This document shows positions 26,060-39,419 of a stretch of 64,000 bases of DNA, in pieces. The notes under the pieces were generated by a model, which worked only from the letters and a program-made list of their open reading frames with translations, ran no database searches and had not been told where the DNA came from. Positions within the stretch are counted from its first letter, which is position 1; every line of letters starts with the position of its first letter. The position numbers and the translations under genes are program-made. Source of the stretch: Octopus sinensis (Eukaryota); NCBI RefSeq assembly GCF_006345805.1, contig NC_043013.1:21824001-21888000 (forward strand). The letters are read 5' to 3'.

Positions 26060-29000
26060 ACGGTTAGTACCACGGCGATTTATCCTCTGAACAGCACAAA
26101 GAACAGTACCAACACCACGAACTGCACCGGCACCACCATTAACACTGAAAAAGAAAAAAGTCAAGAAAACACCGCCAAAGCCACCACCGCTATGAACAAG
26201 AAAAACAACGAAGAAAATACAAACACAAACGTAAATGACAAATCCAATAGACACGGTTTCGCTTCTGCGGCGAAACAAACAAGAGAAACGATAAACGTCA
26301 CATTAGCGGATTTAAAAAATGTCAAGGGGCTCTTAGTGAGACACGGTAATAATGTCTCACTAAATACCCCGAAAGAAATTGTTCTTAACACAAACAGAAG
26401 AAGCATTACGTACAAATGTATAAACAAACAAAAAAGTCATTGGAACGAGCAACACAAGAATAACTGGAACTAATTCTGAAACCAATTTGGAAGAAGAAAA
26501 CATAAGAGACACGTGGAAAATGGTTCGGGACTGAGGAAGTGCGCTACGCAACGGAAGAAGCAAGAAAATATTCCACAGTGCCACTATTTTCAGAAGACCT
26601 TATCGTCGTGCCGACATGTCTTGGTCGGCACGTTAACAAAATTAATATCGGCCGGGGGGGGGAGTACCCCTGAATTAAACATATGTTGGCTGATGGCCGC
26701 TGTCTTCTATGATATAGAGGATACGGCCGCGATACTAGAGGTGTTTAAGTTGCACCGACAAAATTGGACGGGTCAGGAGTTGGAACGCTTTGTCCAAATT
26801 GAACAAGAGGACCTAAAGTCTATCCCTGACTCCTTAAACTTACCGAAGAGCCCGAGGCTACGCGTGACTGTGGAGGGCAGGAGGCCGAGGTGCTACTTTT
26901 GTGGAAACAACCAGCACATCAACGTCGACTGCCAAAATACAAGGAGATGCGTCGAACGCTACAACCGACACCAGAAACAGGGACATCTCCAGTACAGCAG
27001 CAACAACAGCAGCAGCAGCAGCAACCGAGGTACCCCCACCATCGGCCGGGGTACCACTACCCCCAGTCGCAGTAACACCACCACCACCAACTACTGTAGC
27101 AGTAGCAGCAGTAACAAATGAACACCAACAAAACCAAAAGTCGGAGTCAATCCTCCTTCCCGACCAAAACAACTCGGACTGTTCGAGTAATGAAGTCGAG
27201 AGGGGAGGGGAGTGGCAAACAGTTTCCCCACCCCCACCAAAAGAAAAAAAAGAAAAATCTACTGAGACAGTAGAGGAAAAAAGTGGGGAGGCGCAAGGAC
27301 ACTGAACGTCCCAACAGCGGCAACACCCACACACAACAGCCGAGAACAACAACACCACCTCCACCAGCACTATCACCTAAAACTCCAACTCCACATCCAC
27401 CTGCACTATCACCTCAAACACCAACTCTACCTCCTCCAGCGCTATCACCTCAAACACCAACACCACCTCCTCCGGTGCTATCACCTCAAACACCAACTCC
27501 ACCTCCACCAGCACTGTCACCTCAAACACCAACTCCACCTACACCAGCGCTATCACCTCAAACACCAACTCCACCACAAACAGATTCTACTAGCACCACA
27601 AACCTCACAGCTGTTGATACAGGCAATAATAGATTTAATTACGTACTCAAGAGACAATACAAACACCACCATGAAAGAACTCAAACCACCACCACCACCA
27701 CCACCACCACGCATACAGATATATAAAAACCTCACAACAAAATGACACCATAAAAACAACATTTCCAGATGCTGTGGGGTAGCTCCAAAAGTCTTTTACA
27801 AAATGAATATATAAAAAGCTAGGGAAACACCCACATGAAGTGTACCATCATACCAGGAGACAGTGGTAAGTGGTGCTCTTCTCCATTCTAAATTTATTTT
27901 AACTTGGTGATGCTCAGGATAGTTTTATAGAGGCCAGGGGCCTCGGGTCACCTTGGAGACAACGTCACCTTTTAAATGACCTGAGGTCACTTACTGTAAA
28001 TGTTGCAGCCATTAGTGAATCCAGATTATCCGACCCACGGAGATTTTTCTATCTCCGTGTCTGAGTAGTGTAGTAGTAAAACTGTGGTGGTTTTCTTGAA
28101 GGGTCCATATTTGAATATAAGGGCAGTCTTCCTGGATTCAGAAGGTAAGTTGGTGGTCCTAGATGTCAACAGCAGTGACAGCTGGGCTTTCAGACTGGTG
28201 GCTGCCTATGCTTTGACAGGGGCAGGGTGGTCTGATTACTTCAAGCGTCTGGAGTACGTCTCGGACATTCGTACTAGTAGGGATTAGAACGCTGTCTTAA
28301 ATGGATGTTTCGATTGCATGGGAGTACCTTATAGGAGAGGTGGGTTGCAAAAACCTCAAAAATCTACTCAGACGTTTTCAATTGTCTGCCAGGTACCGAC
28401 TAGATTACCCGAATGTACCAATGTGGACTTGAACAAACCGCATCTGGTTATCTAGATCGTATCTAGATAAAGTATTGTGTAAGCCAGCGGACAATGATAT
28501 CATCGGGTGTCCACAATTTCACATGGTCAGCTACACAGACCACAAATTTGTGTTCTGTACAGTCGACTTGGATAGGCTTCATAGACACGGTCCCGGTTAC
28601 TGGAAGCCGAACACGGCGTGTCAAGCTTACAGAGACCGGATTAGCGAATTAGTTAAGCGGACGTTGTCGGGGGCAATCGTCAACAACTGTTGGTATGCTT
28701 TCAAAAGGGCAAATTAGAGAAGAATTAATTAGGTTTAGCAAGGTGTTGACGATAGGACGAAATAGAATAGAGGGAGATATAGTTAAAAAGTTAGATGAAG
28801 CACTTAGGACATGCATCGCAACCGACGTGTTGGCGGTGAGGTTGATCCTCGACCAATTTTTCGACGCCAAATACGAAAGCTGCGGAGAGGGAATGATAGC
28901 GAAATGATGGGCCCGCGTGATGGAAGTGAAAAGTGACAATAAAGCCACCATTCGGTCTTTGATGGACCAGAACGGATGCAAGGTGTTCGAACTGAAAGAG

Positions 29001-29815
29001 ACGATCACATTAATTTGCATTGCTCGGAGTTTGGTTTGGTCCAGACTTCCAGGTGGAGAAAAACTGGGACGGGGTGACGAGGAAGGTAGCCAACCTCACC
29101 CAGAAATGGGCCGATAGGGAGCTGCTTCAGAGCGGTCGAGGGGAGGTGGCGAATGTGTACATCGCATCTGTCATATATTACCACTTGACCGTTGTCCCTT
29201 GCCCCGTTTGCTGGTTGACCAACCTGGTGCGTTTACTCTTCCCTTTTCTGTGGAAGGGGCGCGTTCCACTGGTCAGGCGCTCCATCTAATGTCAACAGTC
29301 ACTGAATGGAGGTCGGGCATGCCGTGGTTACTAATGCGCAGGTATTCATTGAGTTTGCGGCATCTCCAGCGTTTCCTTGACGGTGAGCAGGTGTGGTCAC
29401 AGTTTGTCAGGCACATTTTTCCATAGACTGTCCCTTTGACTGAACTGCAAAACTGGATTAAGCGTAGACCGAAGAGGGGGTGTTTGGCACAGCCCACCGC
29501 CAGGCGAACGATGAGGTTGGTGTAGTTCCACTCTAGCGTTCTATAGAGGGCTAGTGGAAGGATATTGCGACGACGATATTGCCGTCGATGAAGATCAATG
29601 AATAGACTGTTTCGGAGAACTTTCTGGCCTAGGCCTATGAATAAGTTCGAGAAGTCCTTTGCCTTGCTGTGCCACCGAGGGGCGCTGCCTGTTTGAGATA
29701 TACTTTACAGGTACGGAAGTGCCGCCCTCCATTGGCTGAGAGGAGCAGGCAATTTTTATTTGTTTAGTGGCTGTAGCGAAATCGGTACTATGGTGGACTC
29801 GTCTGAAATGGCTAA
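26060..29815 (+). mobile_element. Degraded near-full-length Tx1/L1-clade LINE (ORF1 zinc knuckle, APE), RT core deleted
   Basis: LRVTVEGRRPRCYFCGNNQHINVDC (ORF1), FRLVAAYA, GPGYWK and FLWKGRVPLVRR. About 1 kb present in the mirror (57040-58080) is missing at ~29000. Confidence 0.85.
27352..27575 (+). repeat. 36-bp minisatellite (about 6 units) inside the Tx1 LINE
   Basis: Reads PPPPALSPQTPT x6 in ORF 27283..27726; the mirror (59354..59644-) has only about 2 units. Confidence 0.85.
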
Positions 29816-29856
29816 AGTCAGAGACTTTCCTCTTTGTTGTTGTTTTTGTTGTTGCC

Positions 29857-29894
<38 letters not shown>

Positions 29895-29916
29895 TATTAT
29901 TATTATTATTATTATA

Positions 29917-29960
<44 letters not shown>

Positions 29961-30142
29961 CCTCTCTTTTATCATCACAATATTATCACAATATTGATGT
30001 CTCTTAAAGAGTAGAAACTATATCTATTAAGTATTTCTCATTATTCAAAAATAAGAAAACCATTCACCGTGAAATGGTCCCACCACCATTACGAAACTCT
30101 ACAAAAGACAACATTGATTTATTTATTTTCTTCTTCTTACAG

Positions 30143-30373
30143 GAAGATGCCCTTTTGATTTGATTTACAGAACTGGTCTACTTAATAACTATGATTTGGG
30201 TGTCATTTCTGCCTTCAATTACACGCAGTGTCTGCTTGTTTGCGAAGCAAAACCAAATTGCCAATCGTTTGACTATAAATTTAATTACAAATCGTGCCAG
30301 CTGTCAACTAAAGATCATACAACTGTTGCGTTGTATTTTGACACGGGTTGGTCTTACACCAAAATAAACAGAG
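30143..30373 (+). CDS. PAN/apple-like domain exon 2
   Basis: Acceptor TTCTTCTTCTTACAG and donor AGAG|GTAAGA; 231 nt, phase 1-1. Peptide GRCPFDLIYRTGLLNNYDLGVISAFNYTQCLLVCEAKPNCQSFDYKFNYKSCQLSTKDHTTVALYFDTGWSYTKINR. Open frame and splice sites are conserved in the mirror copy. Confidence 0.85.
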
Positions 30374-30561
30374 GTAAGAGCTTCATTTTCTTGTTTTTAT
30401 TTATTTATTTTGTTGGAATTATACACAGTCAGTTGGGCAAGACTAAGGTACCACCTTCAAAAATGTGTTAGTCTGTTATATTGAGGCCAGGACTTTGATT
30501 TACTTGGCTCTATCTTTGGTTAAGTCTAATGTCATATATAGGTATGGACTCAATATCAGAT

Positions 30562-30651
<90 letters not shown>

Positions 30652-30859
30652 CATGATACATACATACATAAATACATTCATACATACATACTTGCATGCA
30701 TACATATATAGATGCACGCATGCATGCATACATACATACATACATACTTGCTTGCATAAATATATACATACATACATACATACATACATACATACATACA
30801 TACATACATACATACATACATACATACATACATGCACACACTCATACGTACAGATAACT

Positions 30860-32330
30860 ACTAAATAATCGATGAGCAATAGGGACAAAGATAGCATCAA
30901 ACCTCCATGCTGTGATGGAAATGTCGGCTCTGCTATACTAGTGTGAAAGATGTCACCCACATCATCAGTAGTTGCGACAAAATGCCTACGAGATTCTACC
31001 TTCCCCCTGAGGCATGATATAGTTGCAAAGACTATTTACGATGCAACCCATAGGAAGGACTGCTCGGACGTATACATCGAAGCCATGTTAGAACCAGCAA
31101 GTAATCAGACCTTTTGAAAGCAAGGAATACTGGTGGAACTCCCGCAAAAACAAACGTCAATTCGGTACAAATATAGCAGACCTGATATTGTTCTGTGGTA
31201 CAGGGGAAAAAGTCATGCATTGTTGTAGGGGTCAGCTGCCCAGCGGATGTGAATGTACAATCAAAAGTCTTAGGAAAATAGAACATTTAAGGCTCTTGTA
31301 CCCTGACCATAAAGTCTCGTTTGCACCTTTCATCAGAAGTGCATTAGATTATGTACCAACAAATTTGCACATTTGCAGAAAAACCTATAAATACTCGGTT
31401 TCACAGAGAAAGAGCAAAAGAAAAACTGACGCGGATTGTCCAAATCGATATCTTTTAGTGGCACAGTGAAGATTTGTAAAACATTTTCAAAATACTCCAT
31501 CTGTGATTCTTATGTGAATAGATGCACACGATTGAGTGTATGCATCGACAGTCCCACCAACTCAACCACATATTTGCAATCACCGGGAACTCACTCATCT
31601 CAAAAACACTTGTCGCTATCTTACCGACTGTATGCTTATTGCATTGAGATGGCGGGAAGTTTCTCCAAATGGCGTCTTGCATTGAAAGACAATTTGAAAC
31701 AGCGAAGTGTGTACAGACACAAAAGTATGCTTCAAACTGCTGACAGACCAATTCTTTCAATAGAACCTGCTTTGAAGTTCAAGAACCAAGTCAGATGTTG
31801 TGCCGGGGAGACGCTATTACCTTGACGACCCTGTCTCTTTGAATTATTATCAAAACCCAGCAGAAACCGGGGTTCATTATTGAGGAGTGGTGGAGTGAAA
31901 CGATCTTGTACCAGACTTTCCCAGAGAAAGGGAAATCATCACCTTTAAGGGACTGCATCAATCCCTCAACAGTGATGATGTTGGCTGCAAAGGAAGTCAT
32001 TTGGAAAGCAAAGTTACATTTACTGATGTAAACAATTTTTAGTGTCGATGATGCCTGCCTTTGTGTGTTTCATTTTGTTTTTGTATATTCCACCCTAGGC
32101 TGTTTTTCCCTGCTTCGATACAGTCCTGGCAACTGGAAATTGATGAAGCCACTCCCACGCTTTCTTCGGGACAAGTGTCATTCTTAGGAGGGAAAGCTCC
32201 GTGCACGGTCAAAATGTTTCTGGTCTTGGTATTCCTCATAGACAGACTAGGACCCCAAATTAACAACATGCTGCATATTTTCAGCCAGTATATAATTCAG
32301 CTACATCTGGATGTGTGTAAGTTCATTTCT
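30860..32330. mobile_element. Composite of old LINE fragments (R4/Dong-like and probably Tx1-like) in both orientations; mirrored at ~53480-55020
   Basis: KCRLCYTSVKDVTHIISSCDKM..YLPLRHD.VAK on one strand and LRYGVGIIKW...KTRNILTVH.AFPPKSD on the other. Confidence 0.6.
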
Positions 32331-33064
32331 GGTAACATGCTCAGGTATTATAAAAAATACTGCACGTACAATAATACATGACTTAGAAGCAGCGCTGCGG
32401 ATATGCCAACACACCCGAGCTCGAGGCAGGGCCGCCCTCACGCATTTCTCATGAGGAATTCCAGCAGGGGCTTCGTAAGACCACTGCAGAGATGCTTGCG
32501 AAAAATAAATTCAGTAACCGATTATAGCAGTAACTCGATCAATTCCTAGTAATAACTGAAGAAGGAATTTTTATATTCCGAAATATTATTATATCAGACT
32601 ATGAGTAATTAATTTATAACAGTTATGATAGTCCATTCTGCATTGTTCTGCCGTTGAAGACACGCTATATTTCGCACTGTATATATTTGTAGGCCACTAA
32701 AATAGTCACACCAGATTGTTCGGTTATAAAATCATGTGACCGAAAAAAGGAGGAGAAAAACAGATAGAAAAAGGAAAAGATGTAAAATATAAAAGTAAAC
32801 AAAGAAAATAAGGGACAAAAACAGGAAAGAAAATTCACATCGACACTGCTCTTCTCAATACGTGTGACATGTCGGTTAATACAATCTGTTGATTTCCAGC
32901 ATGGATGGTAATCTAGGGATCATACTTAAAAAATCTTCAGTTCAAGTGCTCCTACAATCACTGGTATTGCAACCGTCTTGAGATGCCATCTTTGTTCCTA
33001 CTACTGTGTAGAATTATTAAATGTTGTTTAGTTTCCACTTTTGTCTTGTACATGATATCATCAT

Positions 33065-35765
33065 TACGGGGTACAACCTCTTCCGTAAGGACCGCACTAA
33101 CCGCCGTGGTGGTGGTGTGATGGTCTACGTTCGTTCAAATTTTTTGGTAATTCCTTGTGCCGATTTGAACGAATCACAAGAAGAAGTTTTTTTCTGTGAC
33201 GTGCGTATGACCATGTCAACACTCCTGCTTGGCGTTGTTTATCGTCCCCCAAGTTACCATCGGGACACACAGATTTGCAATGTCCTCCGAGCTGCTGCCA
33301 GGAAAGCAGCCACTTATGTGTTTATTGCAGGCGATTTCAATCATCCTGAGATCGATTGGGAGACCTTCCATTGGCCACAGAGTGCAAACGATTTTGTTGA
33401 GCTTGTGCTGGACTCAAACTGGTCACAAGTAGTCACCTCTCCAACAAGAGGCGACAACACTTGGACCTGCTCTTCACCACAACTCCTGAAGCGGTTATCA
33501 ATTGCACTACGGAGGAACCTCTAGGTGACTCTGATCATGCTATGATCATCGCCAATCTGGCTCTTGCGGGCAACAAAAACCTGAACCATCTCCAATCTGC
33601 TTCCTTCGATTGGAAGAGAGCAGATTGGAACTGTACCACACTGAACTACAGCACCCAAACTGGCGTGAATTCTACAACTCTGGAGATGTGAATACTATAC
33701 TCCAGAGTATCCTGGACTCAATATGGGCAGCATGTGCAGCATCAGTGCCACGTAAACAAAAAAAGAAGAACCGCCCCAAAAGGGCAATTTGGGAAACTTC
33801 AGCGGTCCGACTTGCCAGGAGGGAACGTCGGACTGCTGAACGGGAATACAGGTTGCATAAATCAGACACCAACAGGAAGAAGCGGAATAAATCCTCCAAC
33901 CATCTCAAGCAAGTGACAAAAAAAGCAGTGCTTGAATTTGAACAGTGCATAGCAGCCAATCCTGACAGCAAGGTTTTCTGGAAATATGTGCACTCAAAGC
34001 AGAGACCTCACTCTCCAGTGGGCCCTCTTCGCAACCCTCACACAAACCAGATCACTGACGACCCCAAGGAATGCGCAGAACTCATTGCCGAGTGCTATGC
34101 AAACATATTCACTGTTGAAAGTCAAAATGTACCATCTTCACCATCACTAACAGCAAACTCCATAACAACTATGGAATTTACACCTGCAATGCTGCGACGT
34201 CACCTTCAAAATAAGCGCAACTATGCCTCCCCTGGTCTCGATGGAGTTACATACCTGCTTCTCAAACGTGGCAGGCACTTCCTTTTACACCAGCTTTCTA
34301 TTTTCTTCCAGTACTGTCTCAACAATGGTGCTACTCCGGAGCAGTGGAAAACTGCCAGTGTCATTCCTCTGTTCAAAAAGGGCGACCGCACATCACCTGT
34401 CAACTATCGCCCAGTCAGTCTCACTAGCTGTATTGCAAAACTGATGGAATCGTGTGTCAGAGAAACACTCTGGAACTTCTGGAGCTCTCACAGTCTCATC
34501 CGACCCTCACAATATGGATTTGTCCCTAACTCCAGCTGCAGTGACCAGCTTGTCGAGTTCCTTGAGGACATTACTCAGATTACTGACAGTGGCTCATGGG
34601 TGGATGTTGTCTACCTTGACTTTGCTAAGGCTTTCAACTCTGTGCCACACAAAAGGCTTATGGTGAAACTCTCTGCAATGGGTGTGGGGGATGACCTTTT
34701 TAACTGGTTGAAATCCTTCATCCTCAGCCGAAAGGAGGTAGTCACAGTTCTAGGACAGCACTCTACACCATATGAGATGTCATCGGGTGTACCACAGGGA
34801 TCTGTCCTTGGTCCCCTCTTGTTTGTGGCATACATTAACGACATAGATGCCAATTTAAAGAATGCCACAGTATTGAAATATGCAGACGACATCAAGCTGT
34901 ACCTTGAAATCAAGAGGACAGATCCTGATGTCTACAACTCTTTCCTGCAATCAGACCTAGACACAATGCAGCAATGGATCACAGACTGGCAACTGAAACT
35001 GGCTGTGGACAAGTGTACCACCATGCATTTTGGGAGAAAAAAACCCTGCGTTCACATACTCCCTCCACAACACTGATATCAAGAAATCCTCTTGCGAGCG
35101 TGACCTAGGCATCACTGTCAGCAGTGATTTGCGTTGGTCAAAGCATATCTCTAAGATTGTCAGGAAGGCCGAGGGTGTCTTGGCATCACTCAGCAGGTCT
35201 TTTGTTAGCCGCTCTCCAGCCATCTATTTAAAACTGTATACAGCTATGGTACGACCACACTTGGAATTCGCATCATCAGTTTGGAACCCCTATCTTGCAC
35301 AGAACATTGACCTCCTGGAATCTGTCCAGAGACGTGCAACCAAACGCATACCCTCCATCAGACACCTACCATATTCTGAGCGCCTTGTTTCCCTGGGCAT
35401 GGATTCACTGAAGCTCCGGCGTTTGGCGACGGACTTGGTAAACACCCACAAAGTTATCAACCACCTCACCAACAACAACACTGAACACCTTTTTGATCTC
35501 CATGTGTCTAACACACGTGGACATGCCTACAAAGTCAGAAAACAATACAGCTCCCATGACTTTCGGAAACATTTTTTCACGCTCAGAGTTGCTGAAGCAT
35601 GGAATAAACTGCCTGCGTCAGTTGTTGACTGCCATGACACTGCATCTTTTAAGGCCCTCATGCTTTCCGAAATCCGCCGAAACTACACCTGATTATATAT
35701 ACACTTTAGATGAGTTGTAGTGCACCTGAGCACTGTACACAATTATTATTATTATTATTATTATT
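33065..35765 (+). mobile_element. 5'-truncated CR1-clade LINE (APE + RT), young, absent from the mirror arm
   Basis: GYNLFRKDRTNRRGGGVMVYVR, GDFNHPEIDW, SDHAMI, SPGLDG, YRPVSL, LDFAKAF, GVPQGSVLGPLLF, YADD, RPHLEFA. About three frameshifts and an (ATT)n tail. The empty site is at ~50612-50620; no clear TSD. Confidence 0.93.
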
Positions 35766-36415
35766 ATATGTGAGGGATGGAGGCGATAGTAGGAGAAAGA
35801 TGAGCAGCTTGGTGGGGTGGGGGGCGGGCGTGGATGTTTTTGAATTTTCCTTTTCTTTCTGTAGGTTTTTCTGTGTTTTATAGTTTTCGTAATTGTGCAG
35901 TTTGCATATATTGGCAGGTGCTTATCTCCTTAATTTTTTTCGTGCGTTTAATTTGTGGCTATAAAAAGAACGTTTACATATTTGAGTAGTCAGGGTGAAA
36001 AGAAGGGTAAAAGTTTCACAGAAAATTGTAGATATTAAAGTTTTTAATTTTCTCAAGATGACCGTTTGTATGTCCAGCCAGAGCAAACTGTAGTGTTCTT
36101 ACAATAAAAAGGGTGTTTATATTTTTGAATATTCAGGGAGAAAGGAGAGAGTTAGTATTCACAGAAGTTGTAAATATTTTTTAACGTTTTTTAAAGATTT
36201 TAAAGATGATCGTTTGTGTGTTCGCCCACAGAAAATTGAAGATGTGTAAGTTTCTAGCCTTATGGGGTGGTGGTGAGATTTTAAAATACTCACAGGAGAT
36301 TGTAGATGTTCCAATTACCAAAAGTTATATTTCAGTTGGTCTGCCGGGTTGTGTTAGTGTTTCTGTGTCTTTGGCTACTGACTGGTCAGTGCAGCCGCTG
36401 TCAAGGCTAGCACTC

Positions 36416-36480
<65 letters not shown>

Positions 36481-37120
36481 CACCATTATAATTATTGTTA
36501 TCATTATTATTGATTTTGATATTTTAGAAGGATTGACGAACCTCTTCACAAAGGTAAATAGACAATACGAAAAGCATTTCGTCCGGCGTGCTAACGATTC
36601 GGCCAGTCCGCCGCTTTAGCATTGCAGACAACATATTAAAATTAATTCCGATCTATTCTACACGCTTCTCTGAGCTGTTCCAGAAAAAAAATCATTTTTT
36701 GCCAACTCCAATGCGGATTAATTATATTTGTAAGATATATACACCGGACTCCTTAACCAAGAATCGAAACCTCGGTCTTCACGCTTGTTTATATTGTTCT
36801 CGCCATTTGTGTTTAGAATTCATTCGTTTTACCTATTTAAATCGCCACCATTTTAGATGAGACAGAGTGTAATCTTGTTGACCCATTCCGGTCTATTGTC
36901 AATGGTCTGACTTGACTTTAGTACTGCAATAAATTCGAGATACCAAGAGAAAAATGTTCTCTTTCCTCTGCAACTTCCAAACAGTTAACTATAGGCACCT
37001 TCTCGGGAGCTTTGCCCCATTTACCCTACTCAAGTTAGGGTTCACTATTAACAACTACCATTGTAATAGATTATCCATCAAAACTTACTAAATTTTGTGT
37101 TTACTTCCCACTCGTCGCAG

Positions 37121-37132
37121 TTGCAGAACCGC
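37121..37132 (+). CDS. Candidate 12-nt micro-exon (linker VAEP)
   Basis: TACTAA branch-like motif, pyrimidine tract, CGCAG|TTGCAGAACCGC|GTAAGT. The signals are conserved at 44530-44541(-). Confidence 0.45.
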
Positions 37133-38187
37133 GTAAGTAAAATCTACAGTAATTGTGAAATACCTTTCAGCAGTTCTTTGCAGTGCATCCAGAAATGTTA
37201 TCTAAGCAATGCACAGTCTTTCGCCAACTTGTCACATCTCTATGTGTTACAAACAACTTGCTACATCGTGCCTGTTACGCCTTTCCTGTTACAATTATAC
37301 CGTTATACATACAAAGACATGTGTGAAGTACATTTCGAAAGAAGCTAGAATCTTTATAAACGTCTGCCCCTTCATATCTGAAGCCTTGTGTTATTACTAG
37401 AAATAACTGATAGTAAATAAATCTCAACATATATTAAAGAAGTAATGATTTCTTATATAAAATCGTCTTATATATAAATAGGGAAGTCGATTGTATTAAG
37501 GAGATTAGGTTTTCTTGATTAATATTAAAGAAATCACGAAAGATATTAAGACCATCAGAAGAATAAGAAACTATTTTTATTCCATTTCAGAACTTTGGAA
37601 CGATTTCAAACAGACAAATACACTGGACAAGATTAACTCTGTCGGATGTGGTATAAGAGTTTTCGACTCTTATTATTTCGTTAACAGTAAGACCCTATTT
37701 TTGCTAATTTTTTGTGTCCTTTTTTCTTTTTCTTGTTTCTCATCTTTAATTCATTGATCTTCTGTCTCCAGTTCTTGTCGAAAAAATAAGAGAAATTAAT
37801 GTCGCTCTCTTCTTCATCGCATTATTTCTTCTACTTAGAGTCCTAATTCTTAGTTAAATATATTAGCAGTAAATTTATAATTCCTCTCCCCGAGATACCC
37901 AGCCACATGCCCCTTCTTCTCCCGTCATACATGCTATTACACCAACCAGATCACATTCCGCATCAATTATTATCCCAAATCCTTCATTTCTAGATTATAC
38001 AACAAAAAGGATCTCACTCCATACTCGCACTACTCTAAAGATGTCCAAACGGAACATTAATAAAATCGATCTATCGAATCAATAGTCCATATCCATTCGT
38101 TTCCCTTGTACCTTCCAATGAAGTGAAATAGCTTCATTTATGTTGTTATATTTCTTGTGTTTTCTCTTGCTTTTTTCACTATTGCAG

Positions 38188-38378
38188 AAAAAGAAATTAA
38201 TGATTTGACAACTTATTCAACTTTTTCCTTCAAAAAAAATCCATATCACAACCTTATTACCGAGGCCCAAATGCATGCTCACTCGGTTCTGGATTGTTCC
38301 CGTTTATGTTTGATATCTTCTACATGTACCGCCTTTTCATATACTAACACTAAGTGCCTACTAAAGAAACTGATCTGA
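38188..38378 (+). CDS. Terminal PAN/apple-like exon 3
   Basis: Phase-1 acceptor TTTTCACTATTGCAG. Peptide EKEINDLTTYSTFSFKKNPYHNLITEAQMHAHSVLDCSRLCLISSTCTAFSYTNTKCLLKKLI* shows the PAN Cys pattern. Confidence 0.82.
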
Positions 38379-38489
38379 ACTTTAATGGAATTCACCCAAA
38401 AATTACTTCTCCATGAAATGTGAGCAAGTCTTCAACGGATCACGTTTGCTAATAATAATTATATAAGTTAAAATGTGTGTTTCTTTGTG

Positions 38490-38495
38490 AATAAA
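38490..38495 (+). terminator. Poly(A) signal of the + strand PAN gene
   Basis: AATAAA ~110 nt after the stop, conserved as TTTATT at 42986-42991 in the mirror gene. Confidence 0.5.
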
Positions 38496-39419
38496 ATCAA
38501 TTTAATTCAGTTATTTCCTTTGTTGATTAATTTTAATTGCTAACGTTTTTCGTTCTAAATTAGTCTTCTCTTAGAACATGATTGCTAATTTGAGTTTTAG
38601 CTCTGGTCTCTCGGAAGCTATTTAAGCTGGCTGATCTAAACTGCTTTTATTAAGGATTATAAAGCGAAATTAAAATAAGAATCTTTTCTTTTTCTCTTTG
38701 GACGAAATTTTGTGTTTCAGCAACTTATACGTACAGGTTAAACGAAGAATAGGTTAAACCAAAATACGAAATCAATTATACGGGAAAACGAAATCTAATA
38801 GAAATTTGATCGTAAACTCAGAAGCCCCACGATTTCTTTCAGGTTATCGAAAAGTTAAAATAGTTTTTTGCTGTGAAAAACATAAATTGCAATGCTGACC
38901 ATACATGTCGTAAAACGTTCCTTTTGTTTTCATTTGTTTAGTTTTAGATTAATATTGGATTCTTTGTTTATAGTTTCTTGAAGAGGAGAGGTGGCGGTGG
39001 ACATTGTGTTTGCAAGTCTTTATGGATTGGTGAGATCGATACGGTTAATGCTTAGTTTAAAGATTTGTGTGTTGACATCTGTTGGGAAAATCGGATCAAG
39101 GATTGCATTTCTGGCGATTAAAGTTCTGGAGCAGTGGAGACCCAATCACTGTGTTGTAGCCCAGTCAGCATTAGTTTTTAAAAAGCACGGGCAAAAATTT
39201 AAAATAAATTATAATTTGACTTTTGATTTAATAAATGAAATTTGAAGTCAACTTCTCAACGTGATTGAAAATCACAAATAAATAAAACGTTAGCACCGTC
39301 TATTATAAGTCATGAGAATAGGAACACCTCGAAAGTGATTCTCTTTTCGTTGTTGTGTCGCAAAATGAAAGAAGACGTCTTTAAAATTCAGGTTTTCATC
39401 ACACCATTTATTCATTATA

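Larger units (their letters stand above)
25430..39242 (+). repeat. Inverted duplication IR2, arm A
   Basis: Colinear reverse-complement matches to 41857-61560: 25560 vs 61390, 30143 vs 55399, 32606 vs 53070/51073, 36400 vs 49990, 38188 vs 43302, 39170 vs 41900. Confidence 0.95.

Noticed and set aside
37097-37348. 83-aa ORF open in both arms with a PAN-like QCIQKC...AQSF...TC pattern
   Set aside because: No phase-1 acceptor puts it in frame, the third Cys is absent, and the mirror loses the second Cys. Staying open at this divergence is not improbable. It is worth an HMM check only.
37772-37857. Possible alternative terminal exon with a hydrophobic tail (LVEKIREINVALFFIALFLLLRVLILS*)
   Set aside because: The mirror copy (~43800-43890) is frameshifted and not hydrophobic, so there is no conservation support.
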